A stretch of 63,248 bases of DNA, filler included, from Octopus bimaculoides (Eukaryota): the NCBI RefSeq assembly GCF_001194135.2. It is 9 parts of 8 records of this genome, joined end to end, with 100 filler letters (N's around TTAATTAATTAA, not from the genome) between each part and the next. Parts side by side here need not be neighbours in the genome. Positions count along the whole stretch, not along the records: positions 34,950 to 39,461 come from NW_026421958.1; positions 39,562 to 46,675 come from NC_068995.1; positions 46,776 to 51,939 come from NC_068983.1; 6 more parts are not named here. One strand, given 5' to 3'. This document shows, in pieces, positions 37,991-51,939 of this stretch. Under the pieces are notes generated by a model. It searched no databases, was not told the origin of the DNA, and was given only the letters and a program-made list of their open reading frames with translations. Each line of letters opens with the position of its first letter. Position 1 is the first letter of the stretch. The position numbers and the translations under genes were made by a program.

Positions 37991-39416
37991 AAGCATTTCA
38001 CATGTAGTAGCGTTGCAGTAATACAAGCACAAAACACAGTATGTAACGCCTGGGAAAAACATTAATCTCTACAAAATGGTGGATATTAAGCACTACTGCA
38101 ACTCCAATGCAATCACGATCGGAAAAGCAAGACATGCCTTACTGAATCGCACAGACTGCAACTTTACCTGCTTCCAGCCGTACACTCGATTCTTCTGTGC
38201 ACTAGTAAAAAGGACCTTTTACGAAATTTGCAAAATCCTCCGACTTACTACTCTTCAACCACTACTAGCTGTTCTACTACCAGAAAGCTGTCATATCTGC
38301 TACCTGCTTGGATTTCAATCTCTCCTTGCACACAATCAGCTAGACTCTTAAAATTTTCCTTCTCCACTCTGTTGGTGCCAACAACCCCGGTTGCCTAAAA
38401 CAGTCACGCTAAATGGCTCTTGACTTACTCTCAAACAGTGCACTTTTTAGCTCTCTCTCTCTCCTTCTCTCTCTTCTCTTTCGACCCTTGAAAATATGTA
38501 TCATTAAAACATGGTTGTAATTTCAGTACTGGTTTCAACCAACCAAATTAAATTAGTACACTGCTTTATGTTACTGAGTTTTATTCCGTGTGAGTTTAAT
38601 TGTTCCAAGCGTTAAGTGCAGAGGGGTGAACAGAGGAATGACTTAGGACAGCTTAGAGAGGATATTCAGATAACTTGTTCATAAAAAAGTGTAGACTGTT
38701 ATAGTTGAAAAGGCGATTGCTAGTTGTATTGTGTCGTACAAAAATGTGGATTTATTTAAAGCTTTATAGCGGGAATCAGCAAATGACTAGGGATGAAGTA
38801 TTTCCTGTCCTTGACGCAATTTTGTCAAACTTATGTCGTTCGGCAAATCCGTTTGTAATTCGTCTGTGATGTAAATACCGTCTGGTCTTAACCCGTGCAT
38901 CTTGAATACACGTAGAGTTCATTTTTTTTCTCTCACGTGAATTTTTCGCTTTTTGCGATAGTTTTCCATTATTCTTCAGTACCTCCTCTCCTTCTTCATT
39001 GACGTAAGGCAATATGGTAAATACCTACTTTCATTCGATCTTTTACCGAGGAGACGTGATTTTTTTCAGCCATGTTCGGATACGGGATGAGTGGTGTTCT
39101 GAAATATAAATTTCTGGGTTCTGCCGTTGTTACCGGCTACGCTCCCTTGTTGTCAAACTCCTCAAATCAAAAAGTTCTCAGATGGTTCTTTCTGCCACTT
39201 ACCGTTTGTCAAATTTTGAGAATTTTAAAAAATGCCATTTCGGAATCGTATACGCCAGAAGTACCTTATTTTCCCACCAAGATAAATGGGGGACACACTT
39301 AAACATTACAAATTGGAACAATCCAAATAAGATGATTTTTCATCAAGTACAGACAGGTAAATCCAACGCTTCTATGGAGTGAAGGATTTGAATTCAGAAT
39401 TCCCATATGTACATAC

Positions 39417-39456
<40 letters not shown>

Positions 39457-40076
39457 CAACTNNNNNNNNNNNNNNNNNNNNNNNNNNNNNNNNNNNNNNN
39501 NNNNNTTAATTAATTAANNNNNNNNNNNNNNNNNNNNNNNNNNNNNNNNNNNNNNNNNNNNTATATATATATATATATATATATATTTATGCAGATAAAT
39601 GACAAATCTTTACATAAATGTATAATATGAGTGTGTGAGCTATTTTCTGTATATCGTGTGTGTGTAAGTGCTTAAGCAATGCAGAAAAGACGTTGGCAGC
39701 GACAACAATGAGTAAGTTAACTACAACAACAACAAAGATAAGAAGTTCCTATGTAATAACACCAAAAATACAAAACAAAAAAAAACCCATGAGGAATAAC
39801 AAAACAACAAGAAAATGATAAATAAAAAGTAAATAAGAATATTTTGAACAGTCTCGCTAGAAGGGAAGGACGTTTATGAAAGAAAATTACTGAAATTTAA
39901 ATACACCCCCCACACACACACGCACGGATTCACCTACACAGCTACACATACACACACACGCGTACACATACGCACACTATCGTACACTAATATATTTGTG
40001 CATAAGTATACAGTATACACATATAATTGTGTGTGAGTGTGTAACGTAAATTGTACAAATAAATACGAACAAATCC

Positions 40077-40107
<31 letters not shown>

Positions 40108-40300
40108 NNNNNNNNNNNNNNNNNNNNNNNNNNNNNNNNNNNNNNNNNNNNNNNNNNNNNNNNNNNNNNNNNNNNNNNNNNNNNNNNNNNNNNNNNNNNN
40201 NNNNNNNNNNNNNNNNNNNNNNNNNNNNNNNNNNNNNNNNNNNNNNNNNNNNNNNATGTATGTATGTATACATATATATATATATATGTATGTATATATA

Positions 40301-40376
<76 letters not shown>

Positions 40377-41964
40377 TGGATATACCACACACACAGACCC
40401 ATACAGACATGCGCGCATATATATATGTCTCGTGTTAGAATGAAATTACTGTATTGTTTATATGTATGTTTCTCTTTCTCTCTCTCCTTCTCTCTCTCCT
40501 TCCCTCTCTCTGCCTGTCTCTATATCTCTCTGTATATATATATATATGCACACGCACACGTATACACACATATATACACATATACATACATTCATATATA
40601 TATATATATATATTTATATATTATGTAGACATAGATTTTTACAATGTGTATTTATGTGTGTATGTATCTGTCTGTTTGTGGAAGAGACTTCAAGAAATGT
40701 ATCTGTGTTTGAATATCAGAGAAGAATTTAGAAAAGTGAAAAAACAAAGCAAAAACAAAACAAACAAAAAAAAAACAATAATTAAATGAATTAAAATATA
40801 ACAATAAAATAAATGTTGAAAAGTAAAAGAAAAAAAGAGAAACGTATTGAAACATACTTAAAGAAATATGAAAAGGAACAATAGCAACAACAACAATAAC
40901 AACAAGAACTGTAAGAATCACAGTGTGTAGCAACAATATATAAAAGGAAGAGACACAACAACAACAGCAACAATGATGACGACAATATGAACAAGACTAA
41001 AATTTTACGACATCAACCAAAAGAGGAAGAAGAAAAACCAACAAGCACACACATATATACACCGTAATGACAGCAAAACCAGCAATAAGAACTTCAGCAA
41101 GAGAATATAAAAATTGTAGAACCAGGAGAACCACACGAAGAAGCAGAGATTCATACAAACACAGACAAAAAAAGAAAGAATATAAGAAAGAATGAAGAAG
41201 ACAATGACAGCAAGAACAAAGACAATAACCTGGAACTTATAACTACAATACATGTGATGGAATGCAGCGTAGCGGTAATAACGATTGCAAGACCTTCGGA
41301 AGGTAAACAAAATGGCAAAATATGAAACAGAGAAGAAGAAACATTCGTACATCTGTTGGCTTGGTTAGTCATAGGAGAAGTTAAATAATAATAATAATGA
41401 TAATGATGATGAAGTACCATACAGTGGTTGTCATGGCTTCTGATTGGAAGTGCTATCATGTACATTGATTTGTCTTGGTATAAAAGATGAGCGACAGCAA
41501 ATATTCTACTCAATACCACAGATTTGCTTGTCAGTTGTTTGACCTTATCCAGTTGAGCATGTCCCTTAGTGGCTGACGATATGTGCATCTCTGATCACAA
41601 GCAGAAGTTGTTGGGGAGCAGCATAGCCATGTGTTGAAATGAATTTTTGGGGGTTTGGATAATTCACCTTTGGAAACATGGGTGATTTGTTCATCATACT
41701 TAAAAAACCCTTATTCAGGGACCTTTTGACCGGGATGGGCTACTCGACCTGAAGAAAATTCTAACTAGGCTCCTTGCTGTAAGATCATGCGCTGTTTATC
41801 TTGATATGGAGATCTCATGTCGCACACATATGGTTGTATACTAGGGTATGGAAACGTGTGTGCATGCAGTATGCAGTAGATGTACATGTGTATGTGGAGA
41901 CATAAGCATGTGGGTATCTGGAGGCATGCGGCCGAGAAAAAAGGATGGAAGAAGAAGAGGAAAG

Positions 41965-42240
41965 GATAATGAAAGGTATAGAAGGTTGGAAGCTGTTAAA
42001 AGAACAATTGAGTCGTTCGCAGGAGTAAGAGGTTGCGCCAATACGGTTGTCGATGTACCGACCATATAACGTTGGATTCAGTGCGGAGAACTAAAGGATT
42101 TGGCCTCGACATAATCAACAAATGATTTGGCGAAGTTGGGGCTCATTCTCGTTCCCATGGCTCCCCCAGATTAATGCTGGTAGACCTCCCCCCAGCGAAC
42201 GCGAAGCAGTTATGGGTGAAAATTAGTTCAGCGAGGCAAA
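41965..42240 (-). pseudogene. Penelope-like element reverse transcriptase fragment
   Basis: Across frameshifts: LAELIFTHNCFAFAG...EVYQH*SGGAMGTRMSPNFAKSFVDYVE...LYGRYIDNRIGAT, matching PLE RT motifs GxAMG..P..A and RYIDD. Confidence 0.75.
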
Positions 42241-42462
42241 CACAACATATTAAATATGTAGAAAAATATCATGCAAACACATAAAATCATTATGAAGTCG
42301 TACATGTCTCTTCTATAATAACAAAAAAGACAGTCAAGCCTAGATACAAACAGAGAGATATAAACAGACAGACACATTGACAAGCTGAGCGAAACATAGG
42401 ATAAATGATAGAAAGTAGTGAAATTAAACATACACGAAATATGTATACACAACACTTCTGCA

Positions 42463-42529
<67 letters not shown>

Positions 42530-44025
42530 NNNNNNNNNNNNNNNNNNNNNNNNNNNNNNNNNNNNNNNNNNNNNNNNNNNNNNNNNNNNNNNNNNNNNNN
42601 NNNNNNNNNNNNNNNNNNNNNNNNNNNNNNNNNNNNNNNNNNNNNNNNNNNNNNNNNNNNNNNNNNNNNNNNNNNNNNNNNNNNNNNNNNNNNNNNNNNN
42701 NNNNNNNNNNNNNNNNNNNNNNNNNNNNNNNNNNNNNNNNNNNNNNNNNNNNNNNNNNNNNNNNNNNNNNNNNNNNNNNNNNNNNNNNNNNNNNNNNNNN
42801 NNNNNNNNNNNNNNNNNNNNNNNNNNNNNNNNNNNNNNNNNNNNNNNNNNNNNNNNNNNNNNNNNNNNNNNNNNNNNNNNNNNNNNNNNNNNNNNNNNNN
42901 NNNNNNNNNNNNNNNNNNNATATATATATACCTACGAATACAAGCACACACACACATGAACATACATACATACACACACATGAACATACATAAATACACA
43001 CACACACACACACATATATACTGCCACATTGCTTTTGGGTTTTGTTTTGTGATATCTGAGTTGCTTTATTCTCTTTGGTAAAAAAGAGGCTGACTAATTT
43101 TGCAGCTCTGAAATTTTAATTTGTTGAATAATCATAAAGAACTTTTATGATTTTCTACCTGAAACTAGACATAAAACGCTAACCGACGACACACAAGTGT
43201 GGTAATTCCTATCTTTATATACTCTTGTCGGTATTTTTCAATAAACACATCGGGATTCTTTAAGGATAATTTTTAGCCTGTGGGAAGGATGTCGAGCCCC
43301 AAATTTCATTTCATTTCACTGAATTTGTTTAGCCATGTCTAAATATCCGTAACTGAAGTCATTCTCATGTTATATTAGAGTTCCTATACGGCAAACTACT
43401 ACATTAGTGCTACTTTTTATAAAGTTGTCTGACCTTACCCTTCCACAGATAATCCTCTTTTAGCACTCTGTTTACAGTCTTTTTTAGTACTCTTTTTACA
43501 CAATGCGATTTGTAAAATATCCTTCCTTTTTTCTTTAAAAAGATTTCTGAATTGTTTACTTCTGTTTTATAATTTCATTAAACACATATCACATGGTCAC
43601 CGGAGCTACTACGAAGCATAGAATTATGTTAGTATCACCCCATCTATCTGCAAACAGAATGCTTCGAAAGTTTATATTATATAACACTCGCAAAATACAA
43701 CAAAATGAAGAGAAGTGTTTAAATATATGTGTGTGTATGTGTGTGCATGTGTATGTTTATGGTTATAACGGACCTTAATTCCTTCACAAAATAATTGTTT
43801 CTGATTTAACAAATGTCTGTATTTCATGTCAACTGATAAACAAATACGACATCTATGTTAGATAATCCAATATTGTCAAATGTCACATGTTCCGCATAAA
43901 AACATACAAGCACAGACAGATATAAAGAGATACTGGCACTTGTGCACACACACACATACACATGCACATATACACACGCATATTACGAAGACAACGAAAG
44001 AAATGTGTAAAAGAATATAATGTGA

Positions 44026-44600
44026 TGGATTCCCAGGAATCCTCTTAAAGAAATGCAAAGGGATTCTAGCAAGGCCACTTCAGAGAAAGCTTGCTTGCAA
44101 ATAAGAGGTTTCTTGAAAAATTTGAAGGAAAGAATATAGCATAGTCATAAAGTAGGTAACAGCGGATGCTAAAATTATGAGCCAGCCTTTTAAATCTCAT
44201 ATATCAGAATTCATGGAACGCATTGTTAGGAGGAAGCTGATAACTTTCCTAAAAGATAATGACTTGCTTCCTGACACCCAATATATCTTCCGCTCGGGAA
44301 GAAGTTATCTTACACAACTTCTGCAGTATTATGGCTGGGTGTTCAAACAACTAAGGAATCGCTCAATTGAGGATGGGATATATCTCAATTATGCACAGGT
44401 CTTTGATAATGTTGATCACCGAATGATATGTCTCAAGCTACGGAAACTCGGGATAGTCGGAAAAACTGGAAGATTGTTTACATGACTTCTTAAAAGACAG
44501 AAACCAGGGTGTGGATATCAATGGGGACATCTCCCAGGTAACAGTAATTGTGAATGGAGTGCCTGAGGGACCCGTCTTGAAGCGCTACTGATTTTCAAGA
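44026..44600 (+). pseudogene. CR1/L2-type LINE reverse transcriptase fragment
   Basis: DGFPGILLKKCK...SHISEFMERIVRRKL...QYIFRSGRSYLTQLL...IYLNYAQVFDNVDH...DFLKDRNQGV...GVPEG, the usual RT domains 1-4. Confidence 0.8.
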
Positions 44601-44799
44601 AAAAACTTGACCTTCTGGTTTCGAAGATACCAGATGAACTTACATCATGACAAGAAACTCAAAAGACGAAGCAATATCAAACTCCTTCCTTCGCCAAAAG
44701 CCAATCACAAAAGAGTGGCCGTTGAAAAGGTGATAATACACACGGTGTCCCAGCATGGCCACAGCCTTTGTGCTGAAACGCATAAATTCAATTCCCAAC

Positions 44800-45045
44800 G
44801 CGTTATGTCATTGAGCAAGAAACTTTATTTCACTCAGTCCACTCAGCTGGCAAAAGTGAGGGGTACTTATATTTTAAAGGGTCATCGTTGTCACACTTTG
44901 TATCACGCTGAATATACCTCAGAACTACGTTAAAAGTACACATATCTGTGGAGTGCAGAGCTACATGCACGTTAGTTTCACGAGCAGGCTGTTCCGTTGA
45001 TCGGATCAACTGGAACACTCATCGTCGAAACCGACAGGGCACCAG
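44800..45045 (+). mobile_element. SINE family D, 5'-truncated
   Basis: gtcattgagcaag...cagtccactcagctggc...gagaactacgtt...gttccgttgatcggatcaactgg. Confidence 0.85.
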
Positions 45046-45974
45046 TAGTATATCATTGCAGCCTGTGTTCAAACCACCACCGAGGTCAACTATGAATTTC
45101 ACTTTTCTTATGGTCGATCAAATACATTATCAATGAATTATTACCTCTGAAATAACCTGTTGGCTCAGTTCGGATTGTTCTCCTGGTTTCTATGTTAGAA
45201 ATTAATTATTAGAATTTTCAGTTTTATGATGCATACTCTATACTCAGGTCATTGGTCCCATTGAAAAGACAAGAGGACCCGTTACCTGAAATAGAGAAAC
45301 GAAACACTTCACATAACAGCCAAAATGGCGCCTTGAGTAGTAATAATGTATTCAGAATTCATAAAATTTTCTGTTTCCACTTTATAACATCAAATCTTTC
45401 AGGTAAATAATATACTTCAAAGATGGCGTAACAATAAGTTTACTGCATATATATATATATATATATATATATAACTATCTATTACGTATAATGTGGAGGT
45501 GTATGTGTCTAGTGTATAGAATAGAATATATATAATTTTTTAAAGTAAATGAGACATACACATGTATATATATATATANNNNNNNNNNNNNNNNNNNNNN
45601 NNNNNNNNNNNNNNNNNNNNNNNNNNNNNNNNNNNNNNNNNNNNNNNNNNNNNNNNNNNNNNNNNNNNNNNNNNNNNNNNNNNNNNNNNNNNNNNNNNNN
45701 NNNNNNNNNNNNNNNNNNNNNNNNNNNNNNNNNNNNNNNNNNNNNNNNNNNNNNNNNNNNNNNNNNNNNNNNNNNNNNNNNNNNNNNNNNNNNNNNNNNN
45801 NNNNNNNNNNNNNNNNNNNNNNNNNNNNNNNNNNNNNNNNNNNNNNNNNNNNNNNNNNNNNNNNNNNNNNNNNNNNNNNNNNNNNNNNNNNNNNNNNNNN
45901 NNNNNNNNNNNNNNNNNNNNNNNNNNNNNNNNNNNTATATATATATATATATATACATATACATGCATATATAC

Positions 45975-46008
<34 letters not shown>

Positions 46009-46634
46009 TTGTGTGTACATATGCCGATATAAATGCATACAGCCACATCTATTAAAAGCAATATCAATGTTAGTTATCAGATATTTGTGATAATTGACTT
46101 TCAGGTTCCTGCATTTAAAAACAACATCAATAACATCAACATTAATAAATTTGACGAAAATATCACAAAAACTGAATTTAAAACAACACGGAAAAGCCCC
46201 GAAAAAGTTAACAAGAACAACAAGAATCTCAAGAAAACAGAACGAATCCATAAAAACTTATAATTAATAAATTTGTTTTTAAAATGTCTCTCACGCAAAA
46301 ATATTGTTTAGAAAATTTTCTTGTAATTTTCTAAAAAAATCTTATCTGATACAAACATTAGTCACTATTGCATCTTAGAAAACTCGTTGGTCAGGTAAGA
46401 TATTTGTGGTACACTTTATGCAAACATACATACATACATACATACATACATACATACATACATACATACATACATACACACACGCACGCACACCCACATA
46501 CACATGTATATAAACATACATGTGTACATATACATATATATATACATACATATATACGCACAAATTACATACATACATACATAAATACACATACGTACAT
46601 ACATACACACATGCATATATGTTTGGCGTGGATA

Positions 46635-46675
<41 letters not shown>

Positions 46676-46779
46676 NNNNNNNNNNNNNNNNNNNNNNNNN
46701 NNNNNNNNNNNNNNNNNNNTTAATTAATTAANNNNNNNNNNNNNNNNNNNNNNNNNNNNNNNNNNNNNNNNNNNNATAT

Positions 46780-47060
46780 ATAAACAAATAGTAAATGAGT
46801 ATATGCATATATACGTACAGGTATGTGCATACCGACATCCACCTGTATGTATAGGTGCATATCTGGGTACAGGACATTGCAAACAAAACGTAGACGAGAA
46901 AATACACAAGCCACATAGAGAACATTCTTCTTCATCAGCTACCCCCGTTTTAACACCGGCGTTTCGAAGAGCTGGGCAGGACGCATCGTTAAAACGGCTC
47001 TTCCCATGGACCGCAAATTAAATTTGTATACACAAATTAAATCTTGCCATGATATATATG
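46780..47060 (-). mobile_element. Penelope-pLTR-like repeat with hammerhead half-sites
   Basis: Minus strand gaagagc...gctcttc-GAAAC...CTGATGAagaag...atgtcctgtaccc; tail homologous to 55010-55140 (+). Confidence 0.4.
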
Positions 47061-47201
47061 TTTCAGAAGAATTCTTTTCACGTCAGAAATCCTGAGGCTT
47101 GGGCACTTGAACCGCATTCCAGACCTTAACATGGTCAACATATACAAGAAGAGATTCTAAGATGAAATTTCGCACATTTTCTTAACTGTACACAAAATAT
47201 A

Positions 47202-47599
47202 GCGTGACTGTGTGGTAAGAAGCATGCTTCCCAACCACATGGTTCCGGGTTCAGTCCCACTGCGTGACACCATGGGCAGGTGTCTTCTACTGTAGCCTCG
47301 GGCCGACCAAAGCCTCGGGAGTGGAAACTGAAATAAGCCCGTCGTAAATATGTATATATTTATTTATGTACGTGTTTGTGCGTTTGTGTTTGTATCCCCA
47401 ACATCGCTTAACAACCTATGTAACATGTTTATGTTCCTGTAAACTTAGCGGTTCGGCAAAAGTGATCGATAAAATAAGAAAACGTCTTGGCATCGATTTC
47501 TTAGACTAAAACCCTTGGGCAAGTGTCTTCTACTATAGCGTCAGGCCGACCAAAGCCTTGTGAGTGGATTTAGTAGATGGAAACTGAAAGAAACCCATC

Positions 47600-47657
<58 letters not shown>

Positions 47658-47845
47658 GTGTAGTGTGTATGTGTACGTGTGCGTATATGTTTGTATGTCT
47701 GTGCTTGTCCTCCCACCATCGCTTGACAATGGAACTTAGCAGTTCGGTATAACAGACCGATAGGATTAAGTACTAGACTTACAAAGACTAAAGGCGGTGC
47801 TCCAGCATGACCACCGCAGTCAAATGACAAACAAATAAAAGAATA
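47202..47845 (+). mobile_element. Two tandem SINE family B/C copies
   Basis: Head and body at 47202-47510; second copy starts ccttgggcaagtgtcttctac at about 47514. Confidence 0.85.
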
Positions 47846-48699
47846 TATATGTATGTATATATATATATGCTTGTGTATGTTTATATTTGTGTCTGTAGTG
47901 TGTGTGCTTGAGCATATATTATCTACATAGATATATTCATGTATGTCTAGGAAAAAGGCATGTTACTTATTAAATTTCAGATACCTCTTTATCTAATGTC
48001 CAAAGGAGGAGTTTCTCATGGTTAATGGGTAGCATTAATTTCACATCTACAAACTTACATATCATGTGCATGTGTCTGTGTTTGTGTGTGTGTGTGTGTA
48101 TGCGTGCGTATTTCTGAGTGTATATTCGTGTTATTCCTGCATGTGACCATGTGGCCTTGTGTGTGTGTTACGTTGTATTGTCTGCATCCATATCAGCAGG
48201 AAGGTTTATTTTTATTCACTCAACGTATTTTAACGAAATTATCTGCAGATGAACATGTAACAGTTTGTACATGCAAATATGTCTCGTATTTAGAAGAACA
48301 GAAAACGCAGAAAAGAGAAGAAAAAGAGAGACAGAGACAGAAACAGACGGGCAAACAGAGTGGGAGATTGAGATGTAGTGAGAGGAACTATGGGAGAAGA
48401 GTATATATAGGTCCATGTGTGTTGTCTGCATGTCTGCGTGTACGTCTTTAATTTTGTTCTTGTCACTTTGTGTATATCTTGCTTGTGCATATGCCTGTAT
48501 ATGCGTTGGTTGTTTATGCGTGCATAGAAGCCGATGCGGAAGTAAATATTAGCATGTATGTGTGTATGTATGTATGTATGTATGTATTTAATTATTTATG
48601 TCTGTGTGTTTGTTTCTGCGTGTATGTTTGTGTGTATCTGGTGTCCACATATGCATACGTTATAAATGCTTATATATCTATATACACGTATATAAATGT

Positions 48700-48737
<38 letters not shown>

Positions 48738-49657
48738 NNNNNNNNNNNNNNNNNNNNNNNNNNNNNNNNNNNNNNNNNNNNNNNNNNNNNNNNNNNNNNN
48801 NNNNNNNNNNNNNNNNNNNNNNNNNNNNNNNNNNNNNNNNNNNNNNNNNNNNNNNNNNNNNNNNNNNNNNNNNNNNNNNNNNNNNNNNNNNNNNNNNNNN
48901 NNNNNNNNNNNNNNNNNNNNNNNNNNNNNNNNNNNNNNNNNNNNNNNNNNNNNNNNNNNNNNNNNNNNNNNNNNNNNNNNNNNNNNNNNNNNNNNNNNNN
49001 NNNNNNNNNNNNNNNNNNNNNNNNNNNNNNNNNNNNNNNNNNNNNNNNNNNNNNNNNNNNNNNNNNNNNNNNNNNNNNNNNNNNNNNNNNNNNNNNNNNN
49101 NNNNNNNNNNNNNNNNNNNNNNNNNNNNNNNNNNNNNNNNNNNNNNNNNNNNNNNNNNNATATATATATATATATACATATCAGCGTGTATGAACATCTA
49201 AATATAAATGTGTATAATTATTTATAGAAAAATGTGCATATGTTCACCTGTACATACGTTTATACTTGTTTATATAGACAGGTAAACACACACACACACA
49301 CACACACACGTATAAATTTACATGCATTCTAATACATAGACATATATGTGTTTATATGAATGTGTGTGTGTGTGTGTGTGTGTATGTAAATGTGTGTTTC
49401 GGGGGGAGGAGGGGCTGGCGTGTGTACAAGTATTGATATCAAGATAGACATATACATAGAGCCTGTATATATTTCAGACACACCCAGTATTAGTCACACG
49501 GCAGATGGTGTACGATCGTTAAACTAAGTGCTTGGTTGTTACGTGACACAGAATCTACAGCCAATATCTCGGTCACTTGGTAGTGATACGTGGGTTGGCT
49601 TGTTACGTGTTGCTGCTTGTCTCCTGTGTAGGTGTATCTGTGTGTGTGTATGTGTGC

Positions 49658-49718
<61 letters not shown>

Positions 49719-49820
49719 TGTATGTGTCTGTATATGTATGCATTGTGTGTATGAACGCGCGAAATGTATATCTTTGTGTCTATAAGTGTACATGTAAGGG
49801 CTTTTCTCACTCTCTGTCTT

Positions 49821-49869
<49 letters not shown>

Positions 49870-50086
49870 GCCTCTCTCTCTCTTTCTTTCTCTCTCTCTC
49901 TCTCTCTCTATCTCTATCTCCCCCTCTCCCTGTCTCTCCTTTTGTTTTACTCTCTCACGATGCATTATCGAGTGTCGTGTTTATTATTTATAGGGACTTA
50001 TATATTTTGTGTTTGTGTGCATTGTACATATTTGCATATAAATTCTACATCGATTTGATACGATATAGCGGACACATCAGCATGTT

Positions 50087-50117
<31 letters not shown>

Positions 50118-50134
50118 TTTTGTTTTATTCATTT

Positions 50135-50623
50135 ATATTCATTTATTCTTTTACTTGTTTCAGTTATTTGACTGCGACCATGCTGGAGCACTGCCTTTAC
50201 TCGAGTAAATCGACCCCAGGACATTCTTTGGAAGCCTAGTACTTATTCTATCGGTCACTTTTGCCGAGCCGCTAGTTTACGGGGACGTAAACATACCGGC
50301 TGTGTGGTAAGTAGCTTGCTAACGAACCACATGGTTCCGGGTTCAGTCCCACTGCGTGACACCTTGGGCAAGTGACTTCTACTATAGCCTCGGGCTGACC
50401 AAAGCCTTGTGAGTGGATTTGGTAGACGGAAACTGAAAGAAGCCCGTCGTATATATGTATATATATATTATGTGTGTGTGTTTGTGTGTCTGTGTTTGTC
50501 CCCCCAAAATCACTTAACAACCGATGCTGGTGTGTTTACGTCCCCGTAACTTAGTGGTTCGGCAAAAAGGACCGATAGAATAAGTGCTAGGCTTCCAACG
50601 AATAAGGCCTGGGGTCGATTTGC
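50135..50623. mobile_element. Fold-back SINE B/C pair: minus-strand tail (50135-50298) joined to a plus-strand copy (50299-50623)
   Basis: Junction gtaaacataccggc|tgtgtggtaagtagc; the two tails are reverse complements. Confidence 0.85.
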
Positions 50624-51744
50624 NNNNNNNNNNNNNNNNNNNNNNNNNNNNNNNNNNNNNNNNNNNNNNNNNNNNNNNNNNNNNNNNNNNNNNNNNNNNN
50701 NNNNNNNNNNNNNNNNNNNNNNNNNNNNNNNNNNNNNNNNNNNNNNNNNNNNNNNNNNNNNNNNNNNNNNNNNNNNNNNNNNNNNNNNNNNNNNNNNNNN
50801 NNNNNNNNNNNNNNNNNNNNNNNNNNNNNNNNNNNNNNNNNNNNNNNNNNNNNNNNNNNNNNNNNNNNNNNNNNNNNNNNNNNNNNNNNNNNNNNNNNNN
50901 NNNNNNNNNNNNNNNNNNNNNNNNNNNNNNNNNNNNNNNNNNNNNNNNNNNNNNNNNNNNNNNNNNNNNNNNNNNNNNNNNNNNNNNNNNNNNNNNNNNN
51001 NNNNNNNNNNNNNNNNNNNNNNNNNNNNNNNNNNNNNNNNNNNNNNNNNNNNNNNNNNNNNNNNNNNNNNNNNNNNNNNNNNNNNNNNNNNNNNNNNNNN
51101 NNNNNNNNNNNNNNNNNNNNNNNNNNNNNNNNNNNNNNNNNNNNNNNNNNNNNNNNNNNNNNNNNNNNNNNNNNNNNNNNNNNNNNNNNNNNNNNNNNNN
51201 NNNNNNNNNNNNNNNNNNNNNNNNNNNNNNNNNNNNNNNNNNNNNNNNNNNNNNNNNNNNNNNNNNNTATATTTTTTATATATTTTATATTGTTTCTCGA
51301 CCAGTTTCAATTTCGCTGATAATGGCATTAAAATTGTTTTAATTACGTATTTTCTAAAGAAACTTTTTTGTCCATACTGTGTGTGGAATTCATGAATAAA
51401 TGATTCAAAAAGTAGAAAATCTCAGGGGAGGTAATTGATGATCGTTATTATTCTGGACAGGGTAGATAATTGGTCATCTTTCAGGGTGGGTGTGGGTGAA
51501 ATATATATACACAAAAATTCAAAACCTAGAGTATTGGGGGAAAATATGTGCAGTGATGGGTATGTAATCATAAATTAAAATATGTATAGATATCAAAGTT
51601 GGTTATGCGTGCATAGAGATTGTATCTTTGCACTGGTAGAAGGGGAAAGCTGTGAAAGTTAGTTTGATGTTACCTGTTATGTGTTTGTTCACTTAAAAGA
51701 ATCTATCTGTATTGCGGGAACCTGAACTGCTGTTTATGTAGAGT

Positions 51745-51895
51745 GGTTCCCGTCTCAGTGTCATACTCGTCTGTCCTATATAGTTTTATATATAAGTGGC
51801 ACTTAGGGCAAGTGTCTTTTATAGTCTCGGACCGACTAATATTTTGTGAGTGGATTTGGCAGACAGAAATTGAAAGAAACCCGCCGTATATATAT
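51745..51895 (+). mobile_element. SINE family B fragment
   Basis: gggcaagtgtctttta...gtgagtggatttggcagacagaaattgaaagaaacccg. Confidence 0.75.
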
Positions 51896-51900
51896 ATATA

Positions 51901-51939
<39 letters not shown>

